Positions 25,142 to 28,542 of a DNA stretch of 28,542 bases are shown piece after piece (the first letter of the stretch is position 1; each line of letters starts with the position of its first letter). Made by a program: the position numbers and the translations under genes. The stretch is taken from positions 1 to 28,542 of the forward strand of contig JAZDIZ010000044.1 in assembly GCA_043804515.1 (NCBI GenBank), in the 5' to 3' direction. The stretch is from Pseudomonadota bacterium (lineage in GTDB: Bacteria; Bdellovibrionota_G; JALEGL01; DATDPG01). The notes under the pieces were generated by a model. It saw nothing but the letters and a program-made list of their open reading frames with translations, ran no database searches and was not told where the DNA came from.

Positions 25142-26068
25142 ATGTACGAGAAGACGGGAAAAATCTGGTTGGACGGAAAACTGATCCCCTGGAAGGAAGC
25201 GAACGTGCATATCATGACGCATTCCCTCCATTACGGCGTGGGCGTGTTTGAGGGGATCCGTTATTACGACTGCGGCGCCAAGGGAAGCGCGGTCTTCCGC
25301 CTGACCGAACACATGCAAAGAATGGGCGAATCCGCCAAGATCATGGCGATGAAGATGCCGTACACGGTGAAGGAGACGGTGAGCGCCGTACTCGAAACCG
25401 TGCGGGTGAACGGTCTTAAAGAAGGATACATCCGCCCCCTGGCGTTCATTTCGGACGAGCCGAACGCGGGTGTTTGGGCTTATGACAATCCGGTACGAAT
25501 GGGAATCATGACGTACGGTTGGGGCGCCTATCTCGGAAAAGAGGGAGTCGAGAAAGGGATCCGCACGCGGGTCTCGAGCTATACACGCCACCACCGGAAC
25601 ATCGGCATGACGAAAGCCAAAGTCACGGGACAATATTTCAACTCCGTCCTGGCCAAGCGCGAAGCCAAGCTGGCGGGATGCGACGAAGCGATCATGCTGG
25701 ACACCGAGGGTTTCGTGGCCGAAGGAACCGGGGAGAACATCTTCGTCGTCCGGAACAATGTGGTTCGTACGCCCATGCCTGGAGCCATCCTGCAAGGGAT
25801 CACGCGGAACACGATCATGACGCTTCTGAAGGAAGACGGCGTGGAGGTACGGGAAGACGTCATAACCCGGGACGATCTCTATACCGCGGACGAGGTCTTT
25901 CTCACCGGAACAGCCGCGGAGGTAACCCCCGTCCGTGAGGTGGACCATCGGGACGTCGGAACCGGCACACCGGGTCCGATAACGCGCAAGCTGCAGAAAA
26001 TGTATTCCACTTTGGTCCGGGGCGGCGATCCGCGCCACCAAGCGTGGCTCACGTTCGTTCAAAGCTAA
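25142..26068 (+). CDS. ilvE: Branched-chain amino acid aminotransferase
   Basis: HSLHYGVGVFEGIR, AKVTGQYFNS, AEGTGENIF, ILQGITR, FLTGTAAEVTP. Confidence 0.95.
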   Translation: MYEKTGKIWLDGKLIPWKEANVHIMTHSLHYGVGVFEGIRYYDCGAKGSAVFRLTEHMQRMGESAKIMAMKMPYTVKETVSAVLETVRVNGLKEGYIRPLAFISDEPNAGVWAYDNPVRMGIMTYGWGAYLGKEGVEKGIRTRVSSYTRHHRNIGMTKAKVTGQYFNSVLAKREAKLAGCDEAIMLDTEGFVAEGTGENIFVVRNNVVRTPMPGAILQGITRNTIMTLLKEDGVEVREDVITRDDLYTADEVFLTGTAAEVTPVREVDHRDVGTGTPGPITRKLQKMYSTLVRGGDPRHQAWLTFVQS

Positions 26069-26087
26069 GGCTGGTCTTTTCGGGCTT

Positions 26088-26510
26088 GTGACCCAAGCAA
26101 GGCTTCTTTGTCTTTTGTTCGCCTTCGCCGCTTTGGGCTGCGTTAAGGAGATTTCGTTCTCCCCTTCGGGAGCGCGGCCCGCGCTTCCGCCGAACGTCGC
26201 GATTTATTCGGCTTCGCCCGACAGCGTATGGAACGCATTGCTGGATTCCGTGCGTTTCCAATATCTTTTCTCGATCGAAGTGGAGGATTCAAAACAGGGA
26301 TATTTCGCTACGAAGTGGATCCCGGATTCTCTCAACCCGCAAAACGCCCGTTTCAGGCTTTCGGCAACGGTGAGAGCCGTCCCGGAGGGAACCGCGGTCA
26401 CGCTCTATCGGGAGCAACAGGTTCTATCCGAAAATGCCTGGAAGGCGGTTCCGTCGGATTACTCGCTCGAGCGAAGAATCCTGGAAGACCTGAAAAATCG
26501 TTTACGCTGA
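26088..26510 (+). CDS. Hypothetical lipoprotein (possibly BamC/DUF3568-like helix-grip domain)
   Basis: Lipobox ALGC; YSASPDSVWNALL..DSKQGYFATKW..LERRILEDL pattern. Confidence 0.6.
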   Translation: MTQARLLCLLFAFAALGCVKEISFSPSGARPALPPNVAIYSASPDSVWNALLDSVRFQYLFSIEVEDSKQGYFATKWIPDSLNPQNARFRLSATVRAVPEGTAVTLYREQQVLSENAWKAVPSDYSLERRILEDLKNRLR

Positions 26511-27302
26511 AGGCGCGTCCGGAACATCGATCCTGATGCGGCGGATCGCCCTGGCTTTCCCGTTGGTTTCGTCGATATCAACAACCACGCCACACAAGCG
26601 AACGTCCCTCTTTCCCACATCAAAGCGGCTCCGGTCCCCCTTTAGAAACCGGTCCATGGCCAGGTCCGTGCGGAGCCCGATCACCGAATCGTGCGGCCCG
26701 GTCATCCCCAAATCGGTGATGTAGGCCGTCCCGCCTGACAAGACCTCTTCATCCGCGGTCTGGACGTGCGTGTGCGTCCCGACTACGGCCGAAACATGGC
26801 CGTTTAGATACCATCCCATCGCGCGTTTCTCCGACGTGGCCTCGGCATGAAAGTCCACGACCACAACCGGCGTGGTTTTCCTCACTTCCTCAACGCAGTT
26901 CATGATCGGCGCGAACGGGGAATCCACGATCTCCCCCATGTAAACCCGGCCGCTGGCATTGATCACCGCCACGTCGATGCCCGCCCTGCTCTTCACGATC
27001 GTATGTCCCCGCCCCGGGGCCCCCGGAGGAAAGTTGAGGGGCCTCAAAATCCGCGGGCTCTCGTCCAGGAGCGGGTTGATCTCCTGTTTGTCCCGGATGT
27101 GGTTTCCGGTGGTGATCACGTCGGCGCCGGCATCCCAAACCGCGTGGCAGATCTCCGGCGTCATGCCCTTCCCTCCCGCCGCGTTCTCGCCGTTCACGAC
27201 CACGAAATCGGCGGACTCCGATCGGATCAACCCGGGCAAGAGCTCGAACAGCGCGCGCCTCCCCGGCTTACCGAACAAATCACCTATGACAAGGATGTTC
27301 AC
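26502..27302 (-). CDS. ymdB: YmdB/TIGR00282 metallophosphoesterase
   Basis: IGDLFG.PG, VNGENAAGG, TTGNH, DFHAEATSEK, GTHTHVQTAD, TDLGMTG. Confidence 0.93.
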   Translation of the reverse strand: MNILVIGDLFGKPGRRALFELLPGLIRSESADFVVVNGENAAGGKGMTPEICHAVWDAGADVITTGNHIRDKQEINPLLDESPRILRPLNFPPGAPGRGHTIVKSRAGIDVAVINASGRVYMGEIVDSPFAPIMNCVEEVRKTTPVVVVDFHAEATSEKRAMGWYLNGHVSAVVGTHTHVQTADEEVLSGGTAYITDLGMTGPHDSVIGLRTDLAMDRFLKGDRSRFDVGKRDVRLCGVVVDIDETNGKARAIRRIRIDVPDAPSA

Positions 27303-27379
27303 AAGTCCTTACCTACACCGGTCAGGCGGGCACTGGCAACAGCGGCCTGAAAATAGGGATCAAAGAGAAGAGAGGTTAT

Positions 27380-27409
27380 TTAAGGGAAAGAAGACGAGGC
27401 CGCCGTCTC
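27380..27409 (-). terminator. Possible intrinsic terminator after the HNH gene
   Basis: Minus strand AGACG-GCGGCCT-CGTCT followed by TCTTTCCCTT; short stem. Confidence 0.3.
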
Positions 27410-27417
27410 AAACAGAG

Positions 27418-28371
27418 TCAGGGGTGACTCGAAAGCATTTTGGCCTCGGATTGAAACATTTTTCCTGCCAGATACTGATTGTGCATCCGGCATAAGTGCC
27501 TGATGTTCTCTTCACTGGATGAGCCACCCGAGCAGTGCGGATCAATATGGTCGAATTCAAGAAGGTAGCGGCTTTCGCATCGGCGTCCGCTCTCTGGATC
27601 GACATATTCACACTGTCCTTCGGATCGATCCCGGACCATTCGTTTGGCGTCGACAGCAATATACCGAGTCGGAGGCATGGAGTCGGTCGAGGAATCGGGT
27701 TCCCTCTTCAACCTTACCGGTAAGGTTAAGGCCTTCTTCTTGTCCTTCCGGCTCGGATCCTTTTGGCTCAGATAGAAGTCGAGACAAACCGAAAAGAGCT
27801 CAGAAACACTGCAACGGCCTTTCAGGTTCCAGAACCTCTCCATGGCTTGCCGGGTTTCTTCGGTGATCGGGAACTTCACTTCGCTGACCTCCGCCGAAAT
27901 GGACCGGACGGTCTCGGAACGAGGGACTCTTTCGGGAGATTCTTTAAGCAGAACCTTCTCGGTTTCTCGCTTACTCAACCCCTCAATCCGGCTGATCAGA
28001 GATTCCACTCTCTCCGTAGGAAAGGGTCTTTCTTCGGCCCGCTCCTCCGCCCGTAGATGTCTTTCCGCCATAGCCGCTTGGGTTAAGGTGAGTTTTCCCG
28101 TCTCCAGGGCCACCTGGACTTCAGGTGCTCGAAACAGGAGGCGCATAGCTGAAATCCGCTCGTAGGCCTGGTTTTCGCTGTAGCCCAAGGCCTTTTGGAC
28201 GTAGTCCCACAAGGACCCATAGCCCTTCTCAGCGAAGAGCTTTCTTCGTTCGACCTCATGAAGGTGGTTAAGAAGCTCTAACGTCGTCTGCCGCTCCTTC
28301 TTGGCAAGGTCGATCGTCCGCTGGTGAAGCTCGGAATTCGTAAGCGATTCAAGATTCGCGGAAATGGCCAT
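27418..28371 (-). CDS. HNH endonuclease with DUF222-like helical N-terminus
   Basis: LHEVERRKLF..GYGSLWDY..LGYSE..AYERI N-terminus; C-terminal CEY..RRC..LEFDHI.P..GGSSSEENI..LCRMHN; SD GGGAG. Confidence 0.85.
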   Translation of the reverse strand: MAISANLESLTNSELHQRTIDLAKKERQTTLELLNHLHEVERRKLFAEKGYGSLWDYVQKALGYSENQAYERISAMRLLFRAPEVQVALETGKLTLTQAAMAERHLRAEERAEERPFPTERVESLISRIEGLSKRETEKVLLKESPERVPRSETVRSISAEVSEVKFPITEETRQAMERFWNLKGRCSVSELFSVCLDFYLSQKDPSRKDKKKALTLPVRLKREPDSSTDSMPPTRYIAVDAKRMVRDRSEGQCEYVDPESGRRCESRYLLEFDHIDPHCSGGSSSEENIRHLCRMHNQYLAGKMFQSEAKMLSSHP

Positions 28372-28392
28372 GGCGTTCTCCCTTTTGGGGAA

Positions 28393-28401
28393 AGCCTAGC
28401 A
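28393..28401 (-). promoter_or_regulatory. Extended -10 promoter candidate for the HNH gene
   Basis: TG-C-TAGGCT about 21 bp upstream of the ATG and just before the SD. Confidence 0.35.
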
Positions 28402-28542
28402 CCGGTTTTCTGACCCGTTCTTTGGCTCTTAGACCTGCGATTACGGTCCGAAATTGAGGGTTAAACGAAAGAAGCGATTGCACGTCAGCAGCGGCAGATA
28501 GGCGCGGCATAAGGGCTGTATAGCGACGAGCGTTTTGGCGCG

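Noticed and set aside
16576..27727. ACCTTA hexamer shared by three palindromes (16566, 19862, 27710)
   Set aside because: Orientations and spacings differ, so they do not form a consistent operator consensus.
1..28542. CRISPR array, tRNA/rRNA, integrase, transposase or reverse transcriptase
   Set aside because: No regularly spaced repeats, cloverleaf motifs or matching protein motifs were seen.

Overview
High-GC bacterial chromosome segment. The gatC-gatA-gatB-mtnA order, the sigma54-driven tad genes and the solo DUF222-like HNH gene suggest a deltaproteobacterial or Bdellovibrionota-like lineage (inference only). From left to right: a long hairpin repeat; a minimal sigma54-preceded Tad operon (cpaC-cpaF-tadB-tadC); an orphan HicB-XRE antitoxin; a four-lipoprotein operon (LpoB-like, TPR/COG3014-like, YcfL-like, CsgG/FlgT-like); an 8-kb minus-strand operon hdrA'-qmoC-like-hdrA''-mvhD-mvhG-mvhA-maturation protease; a divergent HisKA_3/NarL two-component system behind a structured intergenic region; a short TsaA/TrmO; a DUF4160/DUF2442-like toxin-antitoxin pair; a secreted hypothetical; gatCAB-mtnA-ilvE-lipoprotein; ymdB; and an HNH endonuclease. 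The best candidate for a new system is the redox operon. Its two HdrA paralogues have lost reciprocal, complementary Fe-S modules, and a membrane QmoC-like subunit is present where HdrB/HdrC would be expected. Neither hdrB nor aprAB is in the window. This suggests a membrane-anchored, Qmo-like, hydrogenase-coupled flavin-bifurcating complex linking H2, ferredoxin and quinone. All family calls come from motif recognition, not database searches.
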